DNA from: an uncultured Gammaproteobacteria bacterium
Lineage (GTDB): Bacteria; Pseudomonadota; Gammaproteobacteria; Steroidobacterales; UBA11654
DNA: 64,000 nt
Direction: 5' to 3'
NCBI GenBank assembly: GCA_902595845.1
Contig: CACJRN010000001.1
Location: forward strand, 134,326-198,325
Position 1 is the stretch's first letter. Each line of letters opens with the position of its first letter. Made by a program: the position numbers and the translations under genes. Of this stretch, positions 40,229 to 49,962 are shown in pieces. The notes under the pieces are model-generated. The model did no database searches, was not told where the DNA came from, and saw only the letters and a program-made list of their open reading frames with translations.

Positions 40229-41806
40229 TTATATCTTTTCATCAAAACCCAAATTACCTGGGTTAATTAAATTCTTTGGATCCATTTCTTTTTTAAGCAT
40301 CAAAAGAAGTTTTTTTGTGCTTTCTGTTCTGGTCTTTAAATATGGATAGTCTTTTCCAATCTGAAAATGAATTGCGCCATTGTTTCTTGCCATTTCCTCT
40401 AAGCGATCTTTTATTTCATGAACAAGCTTATAGCCCTCAGGATTTCGCTCAAAGGTTGGAATATTTTCCAAATCAAGCGGGTAGACCTTTTTATGATAAA
40501 TCGTTTGCTCATCTTGCCAGAGGAAGGTGGGCTCATAGAGAAAGGCATTACTGTCAATGAATGAAAACATCATGTTCATATAAACCCCATGTTTATTCAT
40601 TCGATCCTCATACTCTGCCATCAAGGATTGGTAATCTTGGTTATGCTTCAATACCCTGGAGAATGGTAAGACAGAATGAGTAGGTTTCCATAGCTCCCCA
40701 TTTGGTCCTAAAATGGGTGTCAGCTCCATAAATGGGTTTGCATGGAGGTATAGAGGTATGCTGTTCGCTACTTCTTTCCCGAATTTCTGAGCAACCTTTC
40801 TTACTTCAGCCAACTTGAGCTTGGCTTCTTTTGAATTGATGCCTTCTGTGGTGAAATGTCCAGAATATGCCGAACCTTTAAGAAATCCTCTGCCTGCCAG
40901 GCCCATTTTCATTAGTTGTGCCAGACCATCAAGAACATTTCTTGATGACTTCATAATGGATTGAGCTGCTGCAATGGTGCTGGCATTTTCCATTTCCATG
41001 ATTGCTGTTTTTTGTTTTCTTGGATCTAAGCCATGGTTATCTGAGACCAGACCGAGTTTAGAGATCTCTTTCATCGCATTGAATAGATGCTCAAAGTCCT
41101 CAAATCCAAATGAGCATGCAGCAAATCCCTCGGGATATTTTACAAGCTTTAAAGTAATTCTTGTTTTGACTCCTAGCGCGCCTGAATCTCCTAAGAATAA
41201 ACCACCAAGATCTGGTCCGTAGTGTCTGAAAAAACGTGACGATGCTTCGTCGCTTCCTTGAGATCCTGTTTCAATGACATCCGCGGTTCCAGTTATTACC
41301 TGTAGACTTGATAAGGAATCAGCTGAAACAGCATTATTGGTTCCATGACTGATGGCGTGGAATGACATTGATCCTGCAATGGTGGCGACTCTCCCTGAGA
41401 AAGGTCCCCAATGAGGCGTTCTCAATCCCAGGGGCTTCAATGTTTCATAGAGTTCAAGCCAAGTGACCCCAGGCTCAACTGTGACATACATGTCTTCCTC
41501 ATTGACTTCAATCTTCTTTAATCTCTGGCTATCAATGATAACCGTCTCTTTTCTAGCAGGCAGAAATGAACTTGTATAGGACGCACCGCCACCTCTTGTA
41601 GACACTGTAATTTCATTTTCAATACAGAGTTTTATCAGTGATATAAGTTCGTCAGCATTTCCAGGTCGAACAACTGCAATTGCCTGTTCATTGGCAGTTC
41701 CAAAAATATCCGTTGAATAAAAGTGAAGACTTTCTTGATCTTGGATAACATGTTCAGCACCAATTAGGCTGGAAATTTTTTGAATATTATTTTCTATAGA
41801 TGTCAT
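40229..41806 (-). CDS. FAD-linked oxidase (PCMH/GlcD-type FAD-binding domain)
   Basis: 525 aa. VVRPGNADELISLIKLC...VSTRGGGASYT FAD-binding N-domain and a large C-terminal cap domain. Confidence 0.78.
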   Translation of the reverse strand: MTSIENNIQKISSLIGAEHVIQDQESLHFYSTDIFGTANEQAIAVVRPGNADELISLIKLCIENEITVSTRGGGASYTSSFLPARKETVIIDSQRLKKIEVNEEDMYVTVEPGVTWLELYETLKPLGLRTPHWGPFSGRVATIAGSMSFHAISHGTNNAVSADSLSSLQVITGTADVIETGSQGSDEASSRFFRHYGPDLGGLFLGDSGALGVKTRITLKLVKYPEGFAACSFGFEDFEHLFNAMKEISKLGLVSDNHGLDPRKQKTAIMEMENASTIAAAQSIMKSSRNVLDGLAQLMKMGLAGRGFLKGSAYSGHFTTEGINSKEAKLKLAEVRKVAQKFGKEVANSIPLYLHANPFMELTPILGPNGELWKPTHSVLPFSRVLKHNQDYQSLMAEYEDRMNKHGVYMNMMFSFIDSNAFLYEPTFLWQDEQTIYHKKVYPLDLENIPTFERNPEGYKLVHEIKDRLEEMARNNGAIHFQIGKDYPYLKTRTESTKKLLLMLKKEMDPKNLINPGNLGFDEKI

Positions 41807-41895
41807 TTTTTAAAAAAGCCTTTTCTAACTTTTTGAGGATTTAGATTATATCCTTTGAGACCATCACATGTTAAATTATTTGGCGAAAAAGAATT

Positions 41896-42699
41896 ATGAA
41901 TATTTCATCAAGAAAAGGTTACATCGATAGTATTTTTGGTCAGCTTCATTTTCATGTCACTGGCGAGGGCAAACCATTAATTTTATGCCATCAATCGCCG
42001 AGTTCACTCGAAATGTTCACCAAAGCTTTTGAGCCTTTGGCAAGCTCAGGAATTCAGGTCATTGCAGTCGATACTCCCGGTTATGGGCAATCCGATGCTC
42101 CGAAGACTCAACCAAGCATCCATGATTATTCTATGTGTGTTTTGGATCTGATTGAATTTTTGAAGCTCGAAAAAGTATCTTTGCTTGGTCATCATACCGG
42201 AGCTTGTATCGTTGCTGAACTTTCAGTCATTGCTTCAGATAGAGTCGATAAGCTAATTCTCAATGGCCCTCCTGTTCTTACCCAAGAAGAGAAGAACAAT
42301 TTGATGAGCATGATTGAAAAAGCTCCAAAAATGAAACTCGAGGAAAACGGCTCTCATTTAACTGATTTATGGGAGAGGAGAAAGCTTTTTACTCCTGGAT
42401 GGAGCGACTTAGATGCAATGCACCGAGGAGTCATACAAATGCTGAGAGTGACTGGCGATGAAATACATGGTTTTAAGGCAGCATTTACTCAAGATCTTGA
42501 AAAAGTCTTATTGGCTATAAACGTGCCCACAATGATTCTTACTAATACGGGGGATGATATCTATTTTGCAGCAAAAAGAGCAGCATCTCTTAGGCCTGAT
42601 TTTAAATTTAAGGAGCTTTCAGATGGGACACACGATATTGTGGATGAGCAAACAGACAAATGGGTCAAATCCGTCACAGACTTTCTGCAGAATGATTAG
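41896..42699 (+). CDS. Alpha/beta hydrolase
   Basis: 267 aa. LCHQSP oxyanion region, GHHTGA nucleophile-elbow position, C-terminal GTHD. Confidence 0.7.
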   Translation: MNISSRKGYIDSIFGQLHFHVTGEGKPLILCHQSPSSLEMFTKAFEPLASSGIQVIAVDTPGYGQSDAPKTQPSIHDYSMCVLDLIEFLKLEKVSLLGHHTGACIVAELSVIASDRVDKLILNGPPVLTQEEKNNLMSMIEKAPKMKLEENGSHLTDLWERRKLFTPGWSDLDAMHRGVIQMLRVTGDEIHGFKAAFTQDLEKVLLAINVPTMILTNTGDDIYFAAKRAASLRPDFKFKELSDGTHDIVDEQTDKWVKSVTDFLQND

Positions 42700-42965
42700 T
42701 GATGGTTTCTGAAAAAATAAAAGATATTTTGACAAAGTTGCTGATAGTCATTTTCCTATTTTTCATAGGCTATTATTTTCTTATGGGGTCATCAACCCAA
42801 ACACCGGAAGAATTTGATAAAGAATTTATTGAAAAATTTGACGCATGCGTTGAAAGAGCAAAAAACAGGTGCGATGAGGGGATATCTGAAACGGCATGTA
42901 CCGACTATGCGATGAATCGATGTGAAACTTTTTTAGGGACTAAAGAAAACCCCATTATCAAATAA
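42699..42965 (+). CDS. Small membrane-anchored Cys-containing hypothetical protein (88 aa)
   Basis: One N-terminal TM helix, then a soluble domain with 4 Cys (DACVERAKNRCDEGISETACTDYAMNRC). The start is the GTG at 42699 or the ATG at 42702, abutting the hydrolase stop. Confidence 0.45.
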   Translation: MMVSEKIKDILTKLLIVIFLFFIGYYFLMGSSTQTPEEFDKEFIEKFDACVERAKNRCDEGISETACTDYAMNRCETFLGTKENPIIK

Positions 42966-42970
42966 TTCAC

Positions 42971-43687
42971 TCAATTCTGAGCCAGTTTGCTCGAAATGAT
43001 CCAAAGGACGATTCCTGAGACAACTGTCAGCACACTCAGTGCTGCAAAGATTCTTATCAACCAGTGCGAAAAATCATCACGTTCTCTGTAGTCCATGATG
43101 TGAAGAGACCACAAAAAATCCCACGCACGCCATAATGTCGTTCGGATTGCCATTATGTCTCCTGTTGTTGGATCGATATAGACTACGCCACTTTCAGGTT
43201 TTTCAACCCTTACACGATAGAGCGGTAAATCTCTCCCTCGATATTCTGAGCCAATTTTAGGCTCATTTATCAATTCGACTCCAATGGGTTTCATTGTCGT
43301 CTTATTATCAACAACCCAGATTGCTTCTGATTGGCTGATTGAACTCAATTGTTGGCCATTGAATGCATTGAAAATTTTAGTTTTTCTGTTACTTGATTGA
43401 ACTTCATATACCCAAGACTGTGCTCTTTTTTTTAATATGATTTTAAAATCTTCATCCATAAAGTCTGAGTCATTTTTAATAATGCTTTGAATTGGAGCTA
43501 AGTTTTTCGGGCTTGACTCAATTTCATGATTATCTTTGGCCAGCCTATATTGCTCTCCCCGGACATCGGTGATATCGGGAACAGTGAAAAAAAGCCCAGA
43601 AACAGTCCATAGCAATAATTGAATTGAGGTAAAAAGACCCAGCCAGCGATGCCAGGCTCTCATGCTTCTCTTCAAGCCGATGCTCAT
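42971..43687 (-). CDS. PepSY-associated TM helix / PepSY domain membrane protein
   Basis: 238 aa. N-terminus RAWHRWLGLFTSIQLLLWTVSGLFF and C-terminal HWLIRIFAALSVLTVVSGIVLW helices flank a periplasmic domain. Confidence 0.65.
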   Translation of the reverse strand: MSIGLKRSMRAWHRWLGLFTSIQLLLWTVSGLFFTVPDITDVRGEQYRLAKDNHEIESSPKNLAPIQSIIKNDSDFMDEDFKIILKKRAQSWVYEVQSSNRKTKIFNAFNGQQLSSISQSEAIWVVDNKTTMKPIGVELINEPKIGSEYRGRDLPLYRVRVEKPESGVVYIDPTTGDIMAIRTTLWRAWDFLWSLHIMDYRERDDFSHWLIRIFAALSVLTVVSGIVLWIISSKLAQN

Positions 43688-44418
43688 CTTTCGGTTCCAG
43701 CGACTTTCCAGCTTCTGGCCCAGTAGACAAAAGGTGTGTCAAAAGCTGCGATGCCTATCTTAAACATCATCTTCACTATTCCTAATTCAATCGCTGTCTG
43801 CAGATCAACAACTCCCCACCAGACAACAAAGGAATATATGGTTGTGTCAATTGTTTGAGAAGCCATCGTAGATAGATTATTTCTAAGCCAGAGATGTTTG
43901 CCATTGGTCCAAGCTTTAATTTTATGAAAACACCAAACATCAAATCTCTGACTAATTAAATATGCAAGCAACGAGCCAATAATAAATCTGGGTGTAAAAT
44001 CCAATATTCTAACAAAAGCATTGTGTACCTCAGTTGAGAAAACTTGATTGTCTTGCGTTGATGGAGAAAATAACAAAGAAATACTCAACATAATGAGAAC
44101 GATCACGCTGATGCTAAACCCCATCATGACAGCTTGATCAGCAGCATTTTTCCCAAACTTCTCACTCATCAAATCGGTTGCAAAGAATATGCTGGAATAA
44201 AAAATCACACCCAAACTAGTTTGCATGCCAAAGATGACCGTTAATTTAGGGCCTTGGAGATTAGCCAAAAGAATGGATAGTACTATGCATGCAAGTAATC
44301 CATTTTTTCCAAAAAACCGATACATAAGGACCGTGAACCCAAGATCAAGAATCAAAGCTAAAAAATAAAGCAGATTCTGGTTCTCGGCAAAAAATAGCTG
44401 TATTGATTGATCGAACAT
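43684..44418 (-). CDS. yhhQ: Queuosine-precursor (preQ0/preQ1) transporter, YhhQ/VUT (DUF165) family
   Basis: 244 aa, about 6 TM. Has the RF(I)IGS..AYLISQ..DVW motif region typical of YhhQ. Confidence 0.7.
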   Translation of the reverse strand: MFDQSIQLFFAENQNLLYFLALILDLGFTVLMYRFFGKNGLLACIVLSILLANLQGPKLTVIFGMQTSLGVIFYSSIFFATDLMSEKFGKNAADQAVMMGFSISVIVLIMLSISLLFSPSTQDNQVFSTEVHNAFVRILDFTPRFIIGSLLAYLISQRFDVWCFHKIKAWTNGKHLWLRNNLSTMASQTIDTTIYSFVVWWGVVDLQTAIELGIVKMMFKIGIAAFDTPFVYWARSWKVAGTER

Positions 44419-44519
44419 ATTTTTTAAATCAGTATTTTGGGATTAGGTTTTCTTTTGTTGACATCATCCAATAAACTGAAGATAAATAAAAGACAGAATT
44501 ATTTGGAGAAAGAATAAGA

Positions 44520-45224
44520 ATGATTACATTTGGATATTCAGTAATAGCGGTGATCGCTTTTTCATGTTTTGTTTTTGGTGTAAGGGCATATATCAGCGAG
44601 CCAAATAAAATACTATTTTTAATCCTTATAAATACATCATTGCTTTGGTTTGATTCCTTTGTAACAGCGATTGGGCAATATACTGGAGAAGGCACTCTTT
44701 TGCTTGTCATGACATATATACGTTATGCAGCACACTGGCTCACTCTTCCGCTTCTTTTTATCGTCGCTGGAATGATTCTCAGAGCTGCTGACTTTAAATT
44801 TGCACAAAGTAAATATGTCATGGGACTCTTTTGTCTTATTGCTGTATTTTTCATAGTTTATGATTTTAGATACATGTTTATTTTAGATTTCTACCCAGTT
44901 TGTTATGCCGAAACTTTCAGATATGCAACACAAGTTCCGATTGGTCAGGAGTGCTCACCTGGAATGGCGGGAATGGGATATAAAGTTCTCCCTATAGCTC
45001 CAATATTACTGACTTTGATTTTACTGATGTCAGGAATAGCAATATGGATCAAACACAAATGGCCATGGCTTGCAGTGGGTTGTGCCGTAATGCTGTTAGC
45101 TGCTCAGCCAACTCCAATTGGCCCAATTCTAAGTAATGCTGGTGAGCCAATATTTATTTTTGCGCTCATGCTTGCTGCAATCAAGTTTGGCAGTAAGGTA
45201 AAAAAAGAAAATAGTCCTGCTTGA
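44520..45224 (+). CDS. Hypothetical polytopic membrane protein
   Basis: 234 aa, about 6-7 TM helices, no motif recognised. The antisense 93-aa ORF (44429-44710) is judged spurious. Confidence 0.5.
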   Translation: MITFGYSVIAVIAFSCFVFGVRAYISEPNKILFLILINTSLLWFDSFVTAIGQYTGEGTLLLVMTYIRYAAHWLTLPLLFIVAGMILRAADFKFAQSKYVMGLFCLIAVFFIVYDFRYMFILDFYPVCYAETFRYATQVPIGQECSPGMAGMGYKVLPIAPILLTLILLMSGIAIWIKHKWPWLAVGCAVMLLAAQPTPIGPILSNAGEPIFIFALMLAAIKFGSKVKKENSPA

Positions 45225-45232
45225 AAAAAATT

Positions 45233-46462
45233 TTAAAAATTAATGTCTCCATCGCTAGAGAGGGGGTAGATTGAGATAATCTCATCTTTCTTTACGGTCT
45301 CAATCCCCTCTGGGATTAATGCCCAGCAGTTTGCATCACGAAATGGTTTCACCTTGAAAGATTCCTGCCCAGACATGACTTCGGTATGAATTTGTCCACC
45401 ATCATCAACATGAGCTATGGCTTTAGCAAATAAGCAAAATTTTTCTGACTTCTTATAACTCTTTAAATTCTTGCTGGTAATGGGTTTTTCTAACTTTCTA
45501 CCTTGAGCAATTCTTATAGCTTGAGCAGCGAGGAATCTAAATCCAACTGCGACAGAGACTGGGTTACCGGGTAAGCCAAAGACAATTTGACCATTAGGAA
45601 ATTTTGCCATCAATACAGGCTTTCCAGGTCTGATCCAGAGTTTATGAAAAAGTATTTCTGCTCCCATTTCAGTTAGTGCTGCCGGAATGAAATCTGCTTT
45701 ACCTGCTGAGACACCACCACTCGTCAGAATGATATTTGCACCGCTATCCTTTAATTCTTGAATTTGATTAATGATGAGATTTATTTGATCTTCCGCATGC
45801 ACATTCATCGTGCATTCCAGACCCATTGATTGAACTGCAGATTCTAGAAATGGACCATTTGAGTTTGGAATAGATGATGATGAAGTTCGATTCAGCTCAT
45901 TACCTGTGGTGAGTATACCAATCAAAGGCTTTCTGAATGCTTTAATTGAACTGATATTATTCATTATCATTCCAATCTTATGATGGTCATTGATTAGCGA
46001 CCCCTTTGATAATATCAAGTCATCTTTTTGAAAATCTTCACCTGATTTTCTGACATTTGCATTTTTCTTAACTGGCTCATTTATGAGGAGGAATTTAGAA
46101 CCATCTTTCTCAATCAACTTGCCTTTTTCTACAGGCAAAACAGTATCCATATCATCTGGCATTTTGGCGCCAGTCATAATTTCATATACATCAAAATCTT
46201 TTATATTCGATGGAGGCTCGTCTCCAGCAAAAATTGAACCTTTTACTTGAAATTCAATATGATTATCTGAGCATGCTTTATCTGTGATGCTGCTTTTCAG
46301 GCAATATCCATCCATGGCTGAATTAGAAAATGATGGGACTGGGTGACTCGAGAAAATATCATCTGCGATTACTACATTCGCAGATCTTACATCCACCTCT
46401 TCTGTTCCAAAAGAGGAGACTGCTTTTTCTATGATTTGTAATGCTTCCGTGTAGTTTTTCAT
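45233..46462 (-). CDS. moeA: Molybdopterin molybdotransferase
   Basis: 409 aa. SFSNSAMDGY, TGNEL, TSGGVSAGKADF, RPGKP. Confidence 0.9.
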   Translation of the reverse strand: MKNYTEALQIIEKAVSSFGTEEVDVRSANVVIADDIFSSHPVPSFSNSAMDGYCLKSSITDKACSDNHIEFQVKGSIFAGDEPPSNIKDFDVYEIMTGAKMPDDMDTVLPVEKGKLIEKDGSKFLLINEPVKKNANVRKSGEDFQKDDLILSKGSLINDHHKIGMIMNNISSIKAFRKPLIGILTTGNELNRTSSSSIPNSNGPFLESAVQSMGLECTMNVHAEDQINLIINQIQELKDSGANIILTSGGVSAGKADFIPAALTEMGAEILFHKLWIRPGKPVLMAKFPNGQIVFGLPGNPVSVAVGFRFLAAQAIRIAQGRKLEKPITSKNLKSYKKSEKFCLFAKAIAHVDDGGQIHTEVMSGQESFKVKPFRDANCWALIPEGIETVKKDEIISIYPLSSDGDINF

Positions 46463-46566
46463 GGCTTTCTTCTGATCTGATACTAGTTCTAATTATGATG
46501 CAAAGAAATAAAAATTTTTGAAATTTAGGATAGAATGATGCTGTAAAAAACTAATATCTATTCGAA

Positions 46567-49308
46567 TTGAAGATAAATAGAAGAAATTTTTTAAAGGGTT
46601 CAGCGTCAACAGGTCTTTTGCTCCAATACTCCATGAGCACCCAAGCTATCGCGGATACCCCTTATCGCGGTACTGAAGATTTGTATCGTAGAAAATGGAC
46701 TTGGGACAAAGTGGTTAGAGGAACTCATGGCACCAACTGTGCGGGCACATGTGCATTCAATGTTTATATCAAAGATGGTGTAGTTTGGAGAGAGGAACAG
46801 CAAGGCCAGTATGAGCAACTTGGTGATGTCCCTGATTTTGGTCCAAGAGGTTGTCAAAAGGGATTGCGTCATCATAAATATATGTATGGCAAACAACGAA
46901 TACTATACCCCCTTAAAAGAGTTGGAGAGAGGGGAGAAGGCAAATGGGAAAGAATCAGTTGGGAGCAAGCAACAACAGAGATCGCTGATAAGTTCTTAGA
47001 TTATGCTACTGAGTACAATCCAGAATGTATCTCCTATGGAAGCGGAACTCAGATGTCGGTTAAACTTGCATCTTATGCTTCTTTGTTAAGATTAGGAAAC
47101 ATCACTGGGATCACTGTTCCAGAATTCTTTTCAGGCGTTGGCGATTTACCTACAGGTTCCTATATGACTTTGGGACAAGTATATACCGGGGATACATTTG
47201 CCTCTGTATATAAGTCAAAGTGTGTGATGGTTTGGATGAGCAATCCTGCTGCAACTAGAATTCCTGATGCACATTTCTTTTGGGAAGCAAAATACAATGG
47301 AACACAAGTGATTGCTGTTTCACCAGAATTCACACCAACTGCAATGCATTCAAGTCTTTGGCTCAATCCTAAACCAGGCACCGATGCAGCATTAGCTATG
47401 TCTATGGTTCAGGTCATCTTGAGAGAGAATCTTTATCAGGCAGACTATATAAAAGAACAGACAGACCTCCCTTTTCTTGTAAGAACTGATACGAAAGAAT
47501 TTCTAAGGAGAGAAGATTTGTCTCTCTATGGATTGCTTGCTGTCGCTGACAATGTCTATTACATGTGGGATGAATCAACCAACTCAGTGGTTCAAGCACC
47601 AGGAACAGGTCGAGCAGACAAACCATTTGGTAGAGATAGAAGAAAGTATGGAACACTTGAGCTGGGTGAAATCAAACCCAGTTTAGAGGGAAGATGGATT
47701 GTCGATACATTGGATGGCGAAGTAGAAGTAACCACCGTTTTTGAGTTGCTTAAAGAAGAATCAGAAAATTATAAACCAGAGAATGCATCAGAAATCACAG
47801 GCGTCAGTGCCAAGGTCATAGAGAAAACCGCAAAAATCTTTGCAGATGCAGATCCAGGGATGATCTACGCAGGTTACGCTTCATGTAAATGGCTTCATGG
47901 AGACCTCTTGCAAAGAGCCATGCTTTTACTTCTAGCCTTGACTGGAAGCACAGGAAAAGAAGGCGGAGGTCTTCAAATAGCAAATTCTCCGAATGCTAGG
48001 GGGTTGACACAGTTTGGCTTCTCAGATGTTGGTCCAGCTTTCAGGCTCATATCTTCTACAACCTGGGATTATGACCATGCTGATATGAAAGAGTTAAATC
48101 AAAAAATTTATGGCAATGATTTAGCAGAAAAATTTGATCGATATTACAAGAAGAGTATCGAAGAGGATTGGTTTCCTGACTACAGTAAAAATGGATGGAA
48201 AATGGGCTTTTTTGCAGGCAACAATGGTGCCAACTGGAGAGCGACTGGTAGCACTTGGAGAAAAACAGCATTTGAGGAGCTAGAGACAATCGTATCCCTT
48301 GCCCCAGATATGGGGGTGACTTCATTGTATTCAGATTATGTTTTACCCATAGCTCATCATTACGAGAGAAATGATCTAATGCTTCAATCAAGGGTTCCAT
48401 ATTTACAGGTCCTGAATGAAGCCGTGCCTCCTCTTGGTGAAGCAGTGGATGATTGGGAAGCAAACAGAAGGCTTGCTGAAGCAATATCAAGAAGAGCGAA
48501 AGAAAGGAATATTAAGCCAATTCAAGACGCCGTTGATGGAAGAACGGTTAGAAGGGATTACACCAAAACTTTGGAACTTTACACCATGGGAGGCAGGGTA
48601 AATAACTCAAAAGATGTTGCTCAGTTCATTATCAATGCAAGCCATGGCATACCAAAGATCAGCTTTGAGGAACTCTCGCAAAAAGGAATCGTTAAAGTTG
48701 AAGGTGTTGAAAGCACAATGTGGGAAAAAGATGAATCCCCTTATCACAATGAAATTGTAAAGAGCGTGAAGAAAAAATTACCTTATGAAACCTTCACGGG
48801 AAGACAGCAATTTTATATCGATCATGAATGGTTTATCGAATTTGGCGAAACCTTACCGACTTTCAAAGAGCCATTGAAAATTGATGAATTCCCATTGAGG
48901 ATGATGATGGGGCATGCCAGACATGGCATACATAGTACTTGGCGAGATGATTCATTTCTTCTGAGTTTGCAACGAGGTGAGCCTGATATTTATGTGAATC
49001 CTGATGACGCTACAAATAGGGGTGTTCAAGATGGAGATATGATCAGGGTCTATAATACAGCCGGTGAATTTTTCGCAATGGCACATGTGAGTTCAGGTAT
49101 CCAGCCAGGGATGTTATTCATGTACCATGGTTGGGATCCAAAAATGTTCAAAGGTGATAAGAATTTCAGTGAAGTCATTCCAACAGGCGGCCTAATTAAG
49201 CCAACTTCTATGGCAGGAGATTATGGCCATCTTGGCTATCAACCTTTGGCTTTTGCTCCAAATCAAACATACAAGGATTTTACCTGCGATTTTGAGAAGT
49301 CAGCGTAG
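46567..49308 (+). CDS. Tat-exported molybdopterin oxidoreductase catalytic subunit, Nar-type (type II DMSO reductase family)
   Basis: 913 aa with a TTG start. Twin-arginine signal MKINRRNFLKG...AIA|D. FS0 motif H54-x3-C58-x3-C62...C96 (HGTNCAGTC...PRGCQKG). VGDLPTGS...NPAATRIPDAHFF aligns with NarG CDLPPAS...NVPQTRTPDAHFF, which carries the Asp Mo ligand. Confidence 0.9.
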   Translation: MKINRRNFLKGSASTGLLLQYSMSTQAIADTPYRGTEDLYRRKWTWDKVVRGTHGTNCAGTCAFNVYIKDGVVWREEQQGQYEQLGDVPDFGPRGCQKGLRHHKYMYGKQRILYPLKRVGERGEGKWERISWEQATTEIADKFLDYATEYNPECISYGSGTQMSVKLASYASLLRLGNITGITVPEFFSGVGDLPTGSYMTLGQVYTGDTFASVYKSKCVMVWMSNPAATRIPDAHFFWEAKYNGTQVIAVSPEFTPTAMHSSLWLNPKPGTDAALAMSMVQVILRENLYQADYIKEQTDLPFLVRTDTKEFLRREDLSLYGLLAVADNVYYMWDESTNSVVQAPGTGRADKPFGRDRRKYGTLELGEIKPSLEGRWIVDTLDGEVEVTTVFELLKEESENYKPENASEITGVSAKVIEKTAKIFADADPGMIYAGYASCKWLHGDLLQRAMLLLLALTGSTGKEGGGLQIANSPNARGLTQFGFSDVGPAFRLISSTTWDYDHADMKELNQKIYGNDLAEKFDRYYKKSIEEDWFPDYSKNGWKMGFFAGNNGANWRATGSTWRKTAFEELETIVSLAPDMGVTSLYSDYVLPIAHHYERNDLMLQSRVPYLQVLNEAVPPLGEAVDDWEANRRLAEAISRRAKERNIKPIQDAVDGRTVRRDYTKTLELYTMGGRVNNSKDVAQFIINASHGIPKISFEELSQKGIVKVEGVESTMWEKDESPYHNEIVKSVKKKLPYETFTGRQQFYIDHEWFIEFGETLPTFKEPLKIDEFPLRMMMGHARHGIHSTWRDDSFLLSLQRGEPDIYVNPDDATNRGVQDGDMIRVYNTAGEFFAMAHVSSGIQPGMLFMYHGWDPKMFKGDKNFSEVIPTGGLIKPTSMAGDYGHLGYQPLAFAPNQTYKDFTCDFEKSA

Positions 49309-49314
49309 CTTATT

Positions 49315-49959
49315 ATGGAAAGAGTAACGAATGAAGTGCAAAGACAATCGGAGACTACAGCACTGCCTCGTGCCACAATATACTCACTATTTTCACAGCT
49401 GCTAAGCTCACCTCATGAATTAAAACCACTGAGCTTAACTTCAGATATATCTTTCGAAGGTTTGCCTTTTGATTTCAATGTTAGTGAAATGATCGATAAC
49501 TATATCAAATATGATCATGATGAACTCCGCCTGAGATACAGTGGTTTATTTGAGGTCGGAGATGATGGACCTCCTGTACCCATAAGAGAGGATCTTTTTT
49601 TGGCACAACCAGCAAAACTAAGAGAAGACATAGTAAGATTCTACGATTATTTTGGCTATCAATTGGATGAGGAGTTTCAATGGCAAATGGATCATTTATC
49701 CATCGAGTTAGAGTTCATGCATTTTCTGATTATCGGTGAGCTTCGTTCAGATAACGATAAGCTTTCATTCCAATTAGGCCAGTATGATTTTCTAGAAAAA
49801 CATTTGATAAATTGGGTTCCACCATTTCTAAAGAAATTATCAACTCTAGATGAGAGTGATATCTACACAAAAATTGTTATAGAATTAGAGGAGTTCCTTT
49901 TAAAAGACCAATTTTGGCAAAAGGAAACCATTTCACATAAAGATGTAGCTGGAGGTTAA
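49315..49959 (+). CDS. TorD/NarJ/DmsD-family redox-enzyme maturation chaperone
   Basis: 214 aa all-helical protein sitting between the alpha and beta genes (gaps of 6 and 3 nt). Has the YSGLFEVGDDGPPVPIRED pattern similar to TorD-family cores. Confidence 0.62.
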   Translation: MERVTNEVQRQSETTALPRATIYSLFSQLLSSPHELKPLSLTSDISFEGLPFDFNVSEMIDNYIKYDHDELRLRYSGLFEVGDDGPPVPIREDLFLAQPAKLREDIVRFYDYFGYQLDEEFQWQMDHLSIELEFMHFLIIGELRSDNDKLSFQLGQYDFLEKHLINWVPPFLKKLSTLDESDIYTKIVIELEEFLLKDQFWQKETISHKDVAGG

Positions 49960-49962
49960 GGT

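Noticed and set aside
44429-44710. 93-aa minus-strand ORF overlapping the start of the 234-aa membrane protein gene.
   Set aside because: It overlaps a longer, more plausible plus-strand membrane-protein ORF and leaves no room for that gene's start. It has no recognisable features.
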